NCBI GenBank assembly: GCA_963810475.1
Contig: CAWENY010000015.1
Span: 399 to 64,398, forward strand
Direction: 5' to 3'
DNA length: 64,000 bases
From: an uncultured beta proteobacterium
GTDB lineage: Bacteria > Pseudomonadota > Gammaproteobacteria > Burkholderiales > SG8-39
Part shown: piece after piece, positions 36,162-46,904 of the stretch
How the letters are laid out: every line of letters starts with the position of its first letter
Position numbering within the stretch: position 1 is the first letter of the stretch
The notes under the pieces: generated by a model
What the model was told of the DNA's origin: nothing
The model's input: the letters and a program-made list of their open reading frames with translations, nothing else
Databases searched by the model: none
Program-made: the position numbers and the translations under genes

Positions 36162-38649
36162 ACACCGCCGCCCACAGCTCGCGCACGGCCGCCGCGTGGC
36201 TCTCGACCTGTGCCGCGGGCACGCGCGCGTACTGCGCGCCGTTCAGGCGCAGCGCGTGCTGCACGCGGCGGAACTCGCGATACGCGTCGCGGCAGCGCTC
36301 GGCGAGCGCGTCCGGGATCAGGCCGTGGCCGGCGGCCATCTTCAGCAGCGCGATGTTGCCGAGGTTGCCGGTCAATGACGCGAACCGGCTCGAGAACCCC
36401 AGCACCAGGTACTGCACGCTGAACTCGATGTCGATCATGCCGCCGCGGTCGTGCTTGACGTCGAACAGGCCGGACTTGTTCGGATGCGCGGCATGCAGCT
36501 TCTCGCGCATCTCGACGATGGACCGGGAAAGCTCGCCGACATCGCGCGCTTTTCGCAACACGTCCTGGCGAATGCGCTCGAAAGCGTCGCCGACGGCCGG
36601 CTCGCCGGCGCAGTAGCGCGCGCGCGTGAGTGCCTGGTGCTCCCACACCCACGCGTTTTCCTCCTGGTAGCGGCGGAAGGCTTCCACCGAGGACACCAGC
36701 AGGCCGGAGGCGCCGCTCGGGCGCAGTTGCAGGTCGGTTTCGAACAGCTGGCCGGCGGAGGTGCGGCTGCTGAGCCAGGTGTTCAGGCGCTGCGCCAGCC
36801 GCGCGTAGATTTCCGCCGCACGCTCGTCGACGTCGTCGTAGACGAAGATGATGTCGAGATCCGAGGCGTAGCCGAGCTCCTTGCCGCCGAGCTTGCCGTA
36901 GCCGATCACGGCGAACGCAGGCTGCTCGCGATGCCGCCCGCGCAGATCCTTCCATACCTGCTCGAGCGTGACCTCGAGGATGAGGTCGGCGAGCGCGGAA
37001 AGGTGGTCGGCCAGGCGCTCGACGGTGAGCAGGCCGGCGAGGTCCTGCGCCAGCAGGCGGAACACCGCCGCCTGGTGCGCCTCGCGCAGCAGGTTCATGC
37101 GCTGCTCGACATCCTCCGCGGCCGCGAGCTGTATCTGGAGGTGTTTTCGGAGGGAAGAAAAATCGGCGGGCGCGTACAGCAGCCGGTCGTCGAGCAGCTC
37201 GTCGAGCAGCAGCGGGTGGCGCGTGATGAACTCCGCCGCCCAGCTCGAGGCGCCGATGATGCGCGTCACGCGCTCCAGCGCCTCGGGATGCTCGGCGAGC
37301 AGCGCGAGGTAGGCGGCGCGGCTGGCGACCGCCTCGACCAGGTCCACGCCGCGCGCCAGCGTCGCGTCCGGGTCGGGCGTAGCGCGCGCCGCGCGCGCCA
37401 GCGCCGGCGCCAAACGCTCGAGCCGGCGCTTGGACTCGGGCGGCAGCCCGGCGTAGCGCTGGCTCGCGCGCAACGCCGTCAGGCGCGGATGGTCCGGCCA
37501 TGCCTCGGGCGCGGCTTCGCGCTCGGCGAACACCGCTTCGAAGTGGCGCGATACCGCGTCGCGATGCAATCGCAACTGGTGGTCGAAGTCCTCCCAGGAT
37601 CCGAAGGCGCTCATGGCGGCGATGCGCGAGCGGTCGTCCTCGTCTTCCGGCAGGTCATGGCGCTGCGCGTCGTCGAGGTATTGCAGGCGATGCTCGACGT
37701 TGCGCAGGAAGACGTAGGCCGCGCCCAGCTCGTGCACCGCCGGGGCTGGAAGAAGGTGCTTCTCCCCCAGGATTCTCAGGGCCTGCAACGTTGGCTTGAC
37801 GCGAAGCTCGGCATCGCGCCCGCCGCGGATCAGCTGCATCGCCTGCACGATGAACTCGATCTCGCGGATCCCGCCCGGCCCGAGCTTGACGTGCTCGGCG
37901 AGCTCGCGGCGGGCAACGTCGCGCCGGACTTCGGCGTGCAGCGCCCGCATTGCCGCCAGCGTGGCGTAGTCGAGGTACTTGCGGAAAACGAACGGCCGCA
38001 CGATGCCATCGAGCGCGGCGGCGGCCGGGGCCGGGCCGCTGAGGGGGCGCGCCTTCAGCCAGGCATAGCGCTCCCATTCGCGCCCCTGCGTGACCAGGTA
38101 GTTCTCCAGCGCATTGAAGTTGCACGCCAGCGGTCCGGAATCGCCATAAGGCCGCAGGCGCATGTCCACGCGGAACACGAAGCCATCCTCGGTCTGCTCC
38201 GACAGCAGCCGGATCAGGCGGCGTCCCGCTTGCTCATAGCGCTCTCCCAGCTCGTGCGAGCCGTCGTAGAGAAACACGAGATCGATGTCGGACGAGACGT
38301 TGAGCTCGCGCCCGCCGAGCTTGCCCATGCCGATGACGATCAGGTCGCTGCCGGCCACGGCCCTGGAAACTGCCACCTCCGCCAGGTCGCTCATGGTCGC
38401 GCAAACCTCGTCGAGGTCGGCGCGGCCCGACAGGTCCCGCGCCATCACGCGCAGCAGGACCCGGTTGCGCAGTTCACGCAGCGCGCGCTTGTCATCCCGC
38501 TTGTCATCCTCCCTGGCGCCGAGCGCGTTCTGCATTTCGGCGCGCGTGAACGGCGCCGGATCGGCGAGCTCGGCGGCGAGCGCCGGACGCGCGTCCAGCA
38601 CGCGCTGCGCGAAGCGCGACAACCCGAGTTTGCGAATGGTTTCCGACAT
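36142..38649 (-). CDS. glnE: bifunctional glutamine synthetase adenylyltransferase/adenylyl-removing enzyme
   Basis: Two nucleotidyltransferase cores: GMGKLGGRELNVSSDIDLVFLY and GYGKLGGKELGYASDLDIIFVY. 835 aa. Confidence 0.9.
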   Translation of the reverse strand: MSETIRKLGLSRFAQRVLDARPALAAELADPAPFTRAEMQNALGAREDDKRDDKRALRELRNRVLLRVMARDLSGRADLDEVCATMSDLAEVAVSRAVAGSDLIVIGMGKLGGRELNVSSDIDLVFLYDGSHELGERYEQAGRRLIRLLSEQTEDGFVFRVDMRLRPYGDSGPLACNFNALENYLVTQGREWERYAWLKARPLSGPAPAAAALDGIVRPFVFRKYLDYATLAAMRALHAEVRRDVARRELAEHVKLGPGGIREIEFIVQAMQLIRGGRDAELRVKPTLQALRILGEKHLLPAPAVHELGAAYVFLRNVEHRLQYLDDAQRHDLPEDEDDRSRIAAMSAFGSWEDFDHQLRLHRDAVSRHFEAVFAEREAAPEAWPDHPRLTALRASQRYAGLPPESKRRLERLAPALARAARATPDPDATLARGVDLVEAVASRAAYLALLAEHPEALERVTRIIGASSWAAEFITRHPLLLDELLDDRLLYAPADFSSLRKHLQIQLAAAEDVEQRMNLLREAHQAAVFRLLAQDLAGLLTVERLADHLSALADLILEVTLEQVWKDLRGRHREQPAFAVIGYGKLGGKELGYASDLDIIFVYDDVDERAAEIYARLAQRLNTWLSSRTSAGQLFETDLQLRPSGASGLLVSSVEAFRRYQEENAWVWEHQALTRARYCAGEPAVGDAFERIRQDVLRKARDVGELSRSIVEMREKLHAAHPNKSGLFDVKHDRGGMIDIEFSVQYLVLGFSSRFASLTGNLGNIALLKMAAGHGLIPDALAERCRDAYREFRRVQHALRLNGAQYARVPAAQVESHAAAVRELWAAVFTARAA

Positions 38650-38675
38650 TTAAAAGTTAGAATGGCCGCCTGGAC

Positions 38676-41600
38676 GTGAATTCCACCATGAAGAGGCTGC
38701 TGCGAGCGACCGAAATGCTCGCTTGGGGGGTGTTTTTTGCCTTCGCGGCGCTGGTGCTCGCGCTGCGCTTCTGGGTGCTCCCCGACATCGAGCGCTACCG
38801 CGAGCAAATCGTTTCCGCGATGTCGCGCGGCGTCGGCTTGCCGGTGCGCGTCGGTCGCATCGAGGCCGGCTGGCTCGGCCTGCGGCCGCAGATCACGCTC
38901 TCCGATGTGCGCATCCACGACGCGCAGGGCCGCGAAGTGCTGGCGCTGCCGTCGGTCCACAACGTCGTCGCCTGGCGCTCGTTGGCGCACGGCGAGCTGC
39001 GGCTGCATCAGCTGACCATCGAGGGGTTGCGTCTCAACGTGCGGCGCGACGCGGCGGGCGAGCTGTATGTCGCCGGCAGCAGGCTCGCGCGCGGCGGCGC
39101 CGGCGGCGGTCCCGGCTTCGGCGGATGGCTCCTCGGCCAGAGCGAGATCGTGGTGCGCAATGCCGAGATCGAATGGCAGGACGAGATGCGCGCGGCGCCG
39201 CCGCTCAGGCTTTCCGCGCTTGACCTGCGGCTGGTGAGCTCGGGCACGTCGCTCTCGCTCGGCATGACCGCGCGTCCGCCGGCCGAGCTCGGCACCAGCC
39301 TCGAGGTGCGCGCGCTGGTCGAGGCCGCCGGCGCGCAGATCTCCGGCTGGAAGGGCCGCGTATTCCTGCAAGTCGGCTATACCGACCTCGCGGCATGGCG
39401 CCCCTGGGTGGATTATCCGTTCAACGTCCGCCACGGCCAGGGCGCGCTGCGCGTGTGGTCGAGCGTCGAGCAGGGCGAGGTGAGGGCGGTCACCGCGGAC
39501 CTCGCGCTCTCCGACGTCTGGGTCGCGCTCGGCGACGAGCTCTCGCCGCTCGAGCTCGCGTCGCTGCAGGGTCGCGTGCATGGCCGCGCGCTGAGCGACG
39601 GCGTCGAGCTTTCCGGCAAGCGCCTGGCGCTGGTCATGGCCGGCGGCCCGGAGATCCCGCAAACGGATTTCCAGATCGTGTGGCGCCCGCAAGCCGGCGG
39701 CACGCTCGGCGCGAGTGCGCTCGACCTGGAAGCGATGGCCCACCTGGTCGAATCGCTGCCGCTGCCGCCGCAGCTCGGCGGCATGCTGGCCGATCTCGCG
39801 CCGCGCGGGCGGCTGGCGGACGCGCACCTCGAATGGACCGGTCCGTTCGACGCGCTCACCGGCTTCAACGCGCGCGCGCGCTTCAGCGAACTGGCCGTGC
39901 GGCCGCGCGACGACATTCCAGGATTCAGCGGGCTGTCCGGCCGCCTGGAGGCATCGAAGGACCACGGCACGGACCGCGGCAAGCTGCAGCTCGAGTCGCG
40001 GCAGGCGCAGCTCGAGCTGCCGCAGGTATTCGTGCAACCGCGCGTCGGATTCAGCTCGCTGAACGGCGAGCTCAGCTGGGAGCGCGACGCGGGCGGCGCG
40101 CTGACGGTGCGCGTGGCGTCGCTCACATTCGCCAATGCGGATTTCAGCGGCAACCTGTTCGGCAGCTACGCCGGGCGCGGCGAAGCGCCAGGCGCTCTGG
40201 ATCTGTCCGCGATCTTCAACCGCGCCGACGCTGCCCGGCTCGGGTCGTACCTGCCGCGGGTGCTGAGCGGCGAGGTGCGTGACTGGCTGGCCAAAGCGGT
40301 GGTTGCCGGCGCCGGCAGCGACGTTCGCGTGCGCCTGCGCGGCGATCTGCGGGATTTTCCGTTCGTGGACCCGGCGAGCGGAGATTTCCGGGTGACCGCG
40401 CGGGTGGAGAAGGGAGTACTGGACTATGTCCCGGGCTGGCCGCGCATCGAGGACATCGACGGCGAGCTCACCTTCGAGCGCGATCGCATGGAGGTCGTCG
40501 CCCGCAGCGGCTCGATTCTCGGCGCGCGGCTCTCCGGTGTGCGGGTCAGCCTGCCGAGCTTTCGCGGACCGGACCGGCGCGTGCTGGTGAACGGCCAGGC
40601 CGACGGTCCGACGGCTGAATTTCTCAAGTACCTCGGGTCCTCGCCGCTGCGGGAGACGGCGGGCAGCGTGGTCACCTCCATGCAAGCCACCGGGCGCGGC
40701 AAGCTTCGACTGAAGCTCGAGCTGCCGCTTGCCGACCTGGCGAAGACCAAGGTGGACGGCGAATACGACTTCGCCGCCAACGAGGTCAAGGTCATCGCCG
40801 AGCTGCCGCCCATCGAGCAGGCCGCGGGCCGAGTGGCGTTCACCGATTCGGGCATCACGCTCCACGGTGTGCGCGGCCGGCTGCTGGGCGGCGCGCTCAC
40901 CGCCACCGGCGGCACGCAGCCGCGCGGCGGGGTCGAGATCATGGTACGCGGCGACGCCACGGTGGACCAGGCACGCACCATCGCGCCGCTCGACCATCCG
41001 CTCGGCAAGCACGTCTCCGGCGGCTTTGCCTACACGGTCAGCGTGCAGGCGAAGGACGGGCTCGCCCGGGTCAGCCTCGAATCGCCGCTGCGCGGCGTCA
41101 CCAGCGCGCTGCCGGTGCCGCTCGCCAAAAGCGCGGTCGAAACGCTGCCGCTGCGCGTGGATATCGTTCCGGTCGCCGGCGGCGAACGCGACCGAATCGC
41201 GATCTCGCTCGGCAGCCTTGCGCGCGTCGAGCTAGCCCGCCGAAAGAGCAACAACAAGATGGAAGTGCAACGGACCGCGGTCTGGCTTTCGCCCGAACCT
41301 GACCAGCCCATCCGTCTGCCCGAGCGCTTGGGGACGCTGGTGTACGGCGCGCTGCCGGCATTCGACCTCGAGCGCTGGATGCCGCTGATGGCCGGCGGCG
41401 AAGGAACCGGCGAAGGCGCCGCGGGCGGCGCTGCGCCCGCGGTGGCGCTGGAAGTGAGGTTCGGCACGCTCGACGCGTTCGGGCGGCGGCTCTCCAATGT
41501 GGCGTTGCGCGCGAGCGCGCAGACGGCGGGCTGGTCGGCGAACGTAAAGGCCGATGAGCTCGCCGGCGACGTCTCGTACCGCGCCGCCGAGCGCGGCCGG

Positions 41601-42521
41601 CTGATCGCGCGCCTGGCGCGCTTCAGCATTCCCGCCGACACGCCGGCGGCGGGCGCCGCGGCCAAGCCCCGTCCCGCGCCCAAGCCGAGCGAGCTGCCGG
41701 CGATCGACCTGGTGGCCGAGGAGTTTACCTTCCGCGGCAAGCAGCTCGGCCGCGTGGAGCTGGTGGCACGGCCCGACGGCGAAAACTGGCGCATCGAGTC
41801 GGCGAGCATGGTGAATCCGGAGGCTTCGCTGACCGGCCGCGGGGTCTGGCGCGCGGCGCCCTCGAGCACCAGCGTGGAATTCGATCTGAAGGCCGGCGAC
41901 AGCGGCGGCTTTCTGGCGCGCGTCGGCTACCCCGACCTGGTGAAGGGCGCGCGCACCCAGCTGCGCGGATCGCTCGCCTGGCAGGGAGATCCGTCGACGC
42001 TCGACCTGCCCACGCTCGCCGGGGACATCGACATGCAGTCGGGCGAGGGCCAGTTCCTCGAGATCGAGCCGGGCGTCGGCAAGCTGATCTCGCTCATGAG
42101 CCTGCAGGCACTGCCGCGGCGCATTACCCTCGACTTCCGCGACGTGTTCTCCAAAGGGTTCCAGTTCGACCGCATCACTGCCGGCGCGCAAATCCAGGGC
42201 GGCGTGATGAAGCTGCGGGAGTTCCGCATGCGCGGCTCGGCGGCCGACGTCGAGATGAAGGGCGAGACCGACCTCGCGCGCGAAACGCAGAATCTCCAAG
42301 TGCGCGTGGTGCCGAGCCTTGCGCTCGGCGACACCGCGGCGCTCGGCCTGGGCTTCGTCAATCCGGTGGCCGGGGTCGCCGCCTTGCTCGCGCAGCGCAT
42401 CTTGAAGAACCCGCTGGGCCAGATTTTTTCCTTCGACTACGACGTGAGCGGCACCTGGAGCGATCCCAAGGTGGCGAAGATCGAATTGCCGCCGCAGCCG
42501 CAAATCACCACCGGACAATGA
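38676..42521 (+). CDS. YhdP-family (AsmA-like, TIGR02099-type) envelope protein
   Basis: N-terminal TM anchor, 1281 aa beta-rich protein. C-terminal FQFDRITAGAQIQGGVMKLREFRMRGSAADVEMKGETDL..VSGTWSDPKV is typical of YhdP. ATG 38688 is an alternative start. Confidence 0.85.
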   Translation: MNSTMKRLLRATEMLAWGVFFAFAALVLALRFWVLPDIERYREQIVSAMSRGVGLPVRVGRIEAGWLGLRPQITLSDVRIHDAQGREVLALPSVHNVVAWRSLAHGELRLHQLTIEGLRLNVRRDAAGELYVAGSRLARGGAGGGPGFGGWLLGQSEIVVRNAEIEWQDEMRAAPPLRLSALDLRLVSSGTSLSLGMTARPPAELGTSLEVRALVEAAGAQISGWKGRVFLQVGYTDLAAWRPWVDYPFNVRHGQGALRVWSSVEQGEVRAVTADLALSDVWVALGDELSPLELASLQGRVHGRALSDGVELSGKRLALVMAGGPEIPQTDFQIVWRPQAGGTLGASALDLEAMAHLVESLPLPPQLGGMLADLAPRGRLADAHLEWTGPFDALTGFNARARFSELAVRPRDDIPGFSGLSGRLEASKDHGTDRGKLQLESRQAQLELPQVFVQPRVGFSSLNGELSWERDAGGALTVRVASLTFANADFSGNLFGSYAGRGEAPGALDLSAIFNRADAARLGSYLPRVLSGEVRDWLAKAVVAGAGSDVRVRLRGDLRDFPFVDPASGDFRVTARVEKGVLDYVPGWPRIEDIDGELTFERDRMEVVARSGSILGARLSGVRVSLPSFRGPDRRVLVNGQADGPTAEFLKYLGSSPLRETAGSVVTSMQATGRGKLRLKLELPLADLAKTKVDGEYDFAANEVKVIAELPPIEQAAGRVAFTDSGITLHGVRGRLLGGALTATGGTQPRGGVEIMVRGDATVDQARTIAPLDHPLGKHVSGGFAYTVSVQAKDGLARVSLESPLRGVTSALPVPLAKSAVETLPLRVDIVPVAGGERDRIAISLGSLARVELARRKSNNKMEVQRTAVWLSPEPDQPIRLPERLGTLVYGALPAFDLERWMPLMAGGEGTGEGAAGGAAPAVALEVRFGTLDAFGRRLSNVALRASAQTAGWSANVKADELAGDVSYRAAERGRLIARLARFSIPADTPAAGAAAKPRPAPKPSELPAIDLVAEEFTFRGKQLGRVELVARPDGENWRIESASMVNPEASLTGRGVWRAAPSSTSVEFDLKAGDSGGFLARVGYPDLVKGARTQLRGSLAWQGDPSTLDLPTLAGDIDMQSGEGQFLEIEPGVGKLISLMSLQALPRRITLDFRDVFSKGFQFDRITAGAQIQGGVMKLREFRMRGSAADVEMKGETDLARETQNLQVRVVPSLALGDTAALGLGFVNPVAGVAALLAQRILKNPLGQIFSFDYDVSGTWSDPKVAKIELPPQPQITTGQ

Positions 42522-42563
42522 GACGCCCATGCGCTTTTGCTACGATGTGACTAGGAGACGCAA

Positions 42564-43994
42564 TTGATCCTGCAGACCGCCGAGCGCACCCTGCTCGCCC
42601 CCTTCGACCTCGAGCCGCGCAGCCTGGAGCGCGTGTTCGGCACGCTCGCCGCGCGCAAGGTCGACTACGCCGATCTTTATTTCCAGTACTCGCGCTACGA
42701 GGGCTGGAGCCTGGAAGAAGGCATCGTCAAATCCGGCAGCTTCAACATCGAACAGGGCGTGGGCGTGCGCGCGCTCTCGGGCGAGAAGACCGCCTTCGCC
42801 TACTCCGACGAGATCAGCCTGCAGGCGCTGCAGGATGCGGCCAAGGCGACGCGCGCGATCGCTTCTGCCGGACAAGCCAAACGTGTGAAGACCGGCGAGA
42901 AGCGCCTGCCCGTTCCGCTGTACCGCGACGTCGATCCGATCGCCTCGCTGCCGTCTGAATCGAAGGTCGAGCTGCTGCAGCGGCTCGAGCGCAAATGCCG
43001 TGCGCTCGACCCGCGCGTCACGCAGGTGATGGCGAGCCTGGGCGGCGAATACGAGGTCGTGCTGATCGCGCGCAGCGATGGCGCGATCGCCGCGGACGTG
43101 CGGCCGCTGGTGCGTCTGTCGGTACAGGTGATCGCCGAGCAAAACGTCCGGCGCGAAAGCGGCAGCGGCGGCGGCGGCGCGCGCACCGACTACTCCCACT
43201 TCACCGACGAGGTGCTCGACCAGTACGCGCGCCAGGCGGTTTCGCAGGCGCTGGTCAATCTCGACGCGCGGCCGGCGCCCGCCGGCACGATGACCGTGGT
43301 GCTCGGCCCGGGCTGGCCGGGCGTGCTGCTGCACGAGGCCATCGGCCACGGCCTCGAAGGCGACTTCAACCGCAAGGGCAGCTCCGCATTCTCCGGCCGC
43401 CTGGGGCAGCGCGTGGCTTCGCCCGGCGTCACGGTGGTCGATGACGGCACGCTGCCGGGGCGCCGCGGCTCGCTCAGCGTGGACGACGAAGGCACGCCGA
43501 CCCAGCGCACCGTACTGATCGAGGATGGTGTGCTGCGCGGCTACATGCAGGACAGCCTGAACGCGCGCCTGCTCGGCATGCCGCTCACCGGCAACGCGCG
43601 CCGCGAGTCCTTCGCCCACATCACCCTGCCGCGCATGACCAATACCTATATGTTGGCCGGCCCGCATGACCCGCAGGCCATCATCGCCAGCGTGCCGAAG
43701 GGCATCTACGCCAGCAATTTCGGCGGCGGCCAGGTGGACATCACCAGCGGCAAGTTCGTGTTCTCCGCCGCCGAGGCCTACCTGATCGAGAACGGCAAGG
43801 TCACCCATCCGGTGAAGGGCGCCACGCTGATCGGCAACGGCCCCGACGCACTGACGCGCGTGACGATGATCGGCAACGATCTCGCGCTCGACCCCGGCAT
43901 CGGCACCTGCGGCAAGGAAGGCCAGAGCGTGCCGGTCGGCGTCGGCCAGCCGACGCTCAAGATCGAGGGACTCACGGTTGGCGGAACGGCATAG
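42564..43994 (+). CDS. tldD: metalloprotease TldD
   Basis: TTG start 7 nt after [55 protein letters not shown]. Confidence 0.9.
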   Translation: MILQTAERTLLAPFDLEPRSLERVFGTLAARKVDYADLYFQYSRYEGWSLEEGIVKSGSFNIEQGVGVRALSGEKTAFAYSDEISLQALQDAAKATRAIASAGQAKRVKTGEKRLPVPLYRDVDPIASLPSESKVELLQRLERKCRALDPRVTQVMASLGGEYEVVLIARSDGAIAADVRPLVRLSVQVIAEQNVRRESGSGGGGARTDYSHFTDEVLDQYARQAVSQALVNLDARPAPAGTMTVVLGPGWPGVLLHEAIGHGLEGDFNRKGSSAFSGRLGQRVASPGVTVVDDGTLPGRRGSLSVDDEGTPTQRTVLIEDGVLRGYMQDSLNARLLGMPLTGNARRESFAHITLPRMTNTYMLAGPHDPQAIIASVPKGIYASNFGGGQVDITSGKFVFSAAEAYLIENGKVTHPVKGATLIGNGPDALTRVTMIGNDLALDPGIGTCGKEGQSVPVGVGQPTLKIEGLTVGGTA

Positions 43995-44829
43995 CAAGCA
44001 AGCTGCGGATCTAGCCGCGCTCATCCCCGACGGCGCGTTCATCGCGCTGCCGCCGGACTATTCGCTTCCCGCGATGGCGGTCGTGCGCGCGCTCATCGTG
44101 CAGAAAAAGAAGAACCTCAGGCTGCTCGGCGTTCCCGTGCTCGGCATGTGCGCCGACTTGCTCATCGGCGCCGGCTGCGTCGCGGAAGTGGAATCGAGCG
44201 CGGTCTCGCTCGGCGAAGCCGGCCTGGCGCCGCGCTTCACCGAGGCGGTGGAGAAGGGCGAGATCAAGGTGCGCGACGCCACCTGCCCGGCGGTTCACAC
44301 CGCGCTGCAGGCGAGCGAGAAAGGCGTGCCCTTCATGCCGCTGCGCGGGGTACTGGGCTCCGACCTTGTCAAGAGTCGTCCCGACTGGCTGGTGCAAGAA
44401 AATCCGATGAGGAAAATGGGCTCTGACCCCATTTTGCTGGTTCCTGCCATCACGCCCGACATCGCCCTGTTCCACGCGCGCTGGGCGGATGAAGCCGGCA
44501 ACGTGTGGGTCGGGCGGCGGCGCGAGCTGGCGACGATCGCGCACGCGGCGAAGCAGACATTCGTCACTTATGAAGAGCTCAAGCCCGGCGACATGCTCGA
44601 GGACGAGCTGCTCGCGCCCGGCGTGATCTCCGCGACCTACATCACCGCGACCGCGCCGGCGAAGCGCGGCGCGTGGCCGCTTGCCATCGCCGGCGTCTAC
44701 GACATCGACGACGCGCACCTGGTGAAATACGCGAAGGCCGCGCGCACGCGCGAAGGCTTCCAGCGCTACCTGGACGAGTTCGTTTGCACACCCGAGAAGA
44801 GCTCCTCGCCTGCGTCATCGCCCGCCTGA
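43978..44829 (+). CDS. CoA-transferase subunit A-like (glutaconate/3-oxoacid CoA-transferase family)
   Basis: [56 protein letters not shown] pattern. TTG start is tentative. Confidence 0.75.
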   Translation: MAERHSKQAADLAALIPDGAFIALPPDYSLPAMAVVRALIVQKKKNLRLLGVPVLGMCADLLIGAGCVAEVESSAVSLGEAGLAPRFTEAVEKGEIKVRDATCPAVHTALQASEKGVPFMPLRGVLGSDLVKSRPDWLVQENPMRKMGSDPILLVPAITPDIALFHARWADEAGNVWVGRRRELATIAHAAKQTFVTYEELKPGDMLEDELLAPGVISATYITATAPAKRGAWPLAIAGVYDIDDAHLVKYAKAARTREGFQRYLDEFVCTPEKSSSPASSPA

Positions 44830-45455
44830 TCGGCGAGGCGAAGCACGTGGCGGTGGGCGCGGCGTCGCCGATCCCGGCGACCGCCTGTGAATTGTTGAAA
44901 GCGCGCGGACAGAATCTGCGCGTCTCCATGCTGCACAAGAGAAAAGGCAATCCGTTTACGGAGGGTTCGCGCGAGTTGTTCGACCTCGCCGGGCAGGGCC
45001 GCATCGATGTGTTCTTCCTCGGCGGCGCGCAGATCGACGGCGAGGGCAGCATCAACCTGGTGCGCGCCGACGGCAAGCGCTTTCCCGGATCGTTCGGCTC
45101 GGCGTTCATGTATCCGGTGGTGAAGAGCACCATCCTCTTCCGGGAAGAGCATTCCCGGCGCGTGCTGGTGCCGAAGGTCGAGTTCGTCTCCGCGCGCGGC
45201 ACGCCGCGCGCGCTCCTCACCGGCAAGGCGCTTTTCTCGTGGCACGGCGGCCGCTTTCGGCTGGAAAGCACGCACCAGACCGGCGACATCCGCGGCGAGA
45301 CCGGGTTCGATTACGACTCGCCAGCCGCGGTGCCGATCACCCCGGCGCCCTCGGCCGACGATCTGGCGCTGTTGCGCAGCAGCGTGGCGAAGCGCATCGC
45401 CGCCGACTATCCCGATTTCGCCAAACGCGTAGTGGGGAATAAACTAGCGCCATGA
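44784..45455 (+). CDS. CoA-transferase subunit B-like
   Basis: TTG 44784 ([31 protein letters not shown]..). VFFLGGAQIDGEGSINLV. The start is tentative and overlaps the 3' end of subunit A. Confidence 0.7.
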   Translation: MHTREELLACVIARLIGEAKHVAVGAASPIPATACELLKARGQNLRVSMLHKRKGNPFTEGSRELFDLAGQGRIDVFFLGGAQIDGEGSINLVRADGKRFPGSFGSAFMYPVVKSTILFREEHSRRVLVPKVEFVSARGTPRALLTGKALFSWHGGRFRLESTHQTGDIRGETGFDYDSPAAVPITPAPSADDLALLRSSVAKRIAADYPDFAKRVVGNKLAP

Positions 45456-46345
45456 ACGCACCCGAGAAGCTCAAGCAATACGACCGCGACGCCCAGGTCG
45501 TCGGCAACATCGTCCACCTCGAGCATTTCAACGTGGTGATCGACGACCAGCGGCTCGCGACCCTCTTCTACGTGGTCGGCCTCGGCGGCACGCGCGACCC
45601 GTACATCTTCCCCGGCCTCGAGAACATGTGGGTCAACTTCGGCCGTACGCAGGTGCACCTGCCGAGCCGCGGCTCGAAGCCCGAGGTGGTGCGCGGCACC
45701 GTGGGCTTCGTGGTGCCGAGCCTCGACGATCTCGTGAAGCGCCTCGAGCATGCCGGCAAGGAGATGAAGCGCGTCGCCCCGGATCTGCCGAATAAATTTT
45801 CCTTCAACAGACAGAAGGACACGGTGGAGGCCACCTGCCCGTGGGGCAACCGCGTGCGCTGCCACGCGCCGTCGCCGGAATTCGGCCGCACCGAGCTCGG
45901 CCTGGTCTACGTCGACTTCGACGTGCCGCCGGGCACCGCCGAAGGCATCGCGCGCTTTTACAACCAGGTCATCAAGGCGCCCGCGCGCTCGGGCAACGGC
46001 AGGGCGAGCGTGAGCGTCGGGCGCAACCAGGCGCTGCACTTCACCGAGACCTCGAAGCCGCTGGCGGAGTACGACAACCACCACATCCAGGTTTACGTCG
46101 CCGACTTCGGCACCCCCTACCACTGGCTGAAGGAACGCGGTCTCATCAACATGGAGACCGACGCCGAGGAATGGCGCTTCCAGTGGATCACCGATCCGAA
46201 GGACGGGAACAAGCTGTTCCAGATCGAGCACGAGGTGCGCAGCATGAAGCACCGCCTGTTCGCCCGGCCGCTGGTCAACCGCAACCACGCCATTACCAAT
46301 ATGACGTACCTGCCGAACGCCGACGCGTTCCGTGGCACGTATTGA
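45452..46345 (+). CDS. conserved hypothetical protein, possibly VOC (glyoxalase/dioxygenase)-fold
   Basis: ATGA overlap with subunit B. Two beta-alpha-beta-like halves with His-containing strands (IVHLEHFNVV; NHHIQVYVADF). The fold assignment is a guess. Confidence 0.55.
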   Translation: MNAPEKLKQYDRDAQVVGNIVHLEHFNVVIDDQRLATLFYVVGLGGTRDPYIFPGLENMWVNFGRTQVHLPSRGSKPEVVRGTVGFVVPSLDDLVKRLEHAGKEMKRVAPDLPNKFSFNRQKDTVEATCPWGNRVRCHAPSPEFGRTELGLVYVDFDVPPGTAEGIARFYNQVIKAPARSGNGRASVSVGRNQALHFTETSKPLAEYDNHHIQVYVADFGTPYHWLKERGLINMETDAEEWRFQWITDPKDGNKLFQIEHEVRSMKHRLFARPLVNRNHAITNMTYLPNADAFRGTY

Positions 46346-46351
46346 GCGGCG

Positions 46352-46900
46352 ATGAAGCGCCTGCTTGTCGGCGCCGCGCTCGTGCTGTGCGCGCAAGCGG
46401 CGGGCGCCGACGAGGTCTCGCTGCGGCTCGGCGGCAAGGAGCTTCCCCTCAGCCCGGCGCTGCGCGAACGGCTCGCCACGCTGGCGCAGGAAACCCTGCG
46501 GCACTGCGGTCCGAACACCGCCCAGCACCCGGGTAATTTCGGCCGCTCGGCGTTCGGCGCCGAGCAGCGCTGGCAGCGGCTGCTCGAGGGCTCGCGTCTG
46601 CGCGTGCGCTTCGCCGAGCCTTTCGTCACCGAGTCGCACCTGGGCGGCACGCGCGGCGTGTCGGAGGCCCTGATCGGCCTGGAGCACGAGGAGCTCTTCG
46701 TCGGCCCGGATTTCACGCGGCACGGCACGGCCATCGTCGAGCACCTGCAATGCGGCTACCTGCCGTCGCTCGAGCTCGCCTGCCTGGCCGAGCTCCAGCC
46801 ACACCTGCCCGCGCGCTACCGCGCGAACCTGCGCCAGGCTGGAGCGCGATGCGAGCGGCCGCATCGTCATGCCGCCGCCGGACATCGCGCCTTCGTGTAG
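46352..46900 (+). CDS. secreted hypothetical protein
   Basis: Signal peptide MKRLLVGAALVLCAQAAGA. 182 aa. No family recognised. Confidence 0.55.
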   Translation: MKRLLVGAALVLCAQAAGADEVSLRLGGKELPLSPALRERLATLAQETLRHCGPNTAQHPGNFGRSAFGAEQRWQRLLEGSRLRVRFAEPFVTESHLGGTRGVSEALIGLEHEELFVGPDFTRHGTAIVEHLQCGYLPSLELACLAELQPHLPARYRANLRQAGARCERPHRHAAAGHRAFV

Positions 46901-46904
46901 TTGA

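Noticed and set aside
36451-38679. 742-aa plus-strand ORF, antisense to glnE
   Set aside because: No domains seen. glnE on the minus strand carries both nucleotidyltransferase cores.
38445-41012. 855-aa minus-strand ORF, antisense to the yhdP-like gene
   Set aside because: Same shadow-ORF composition (Arg/Ala/Glu/Leu runs). The plus-strand protein has the YhdP N-terminal anchor and C-terminal signature.
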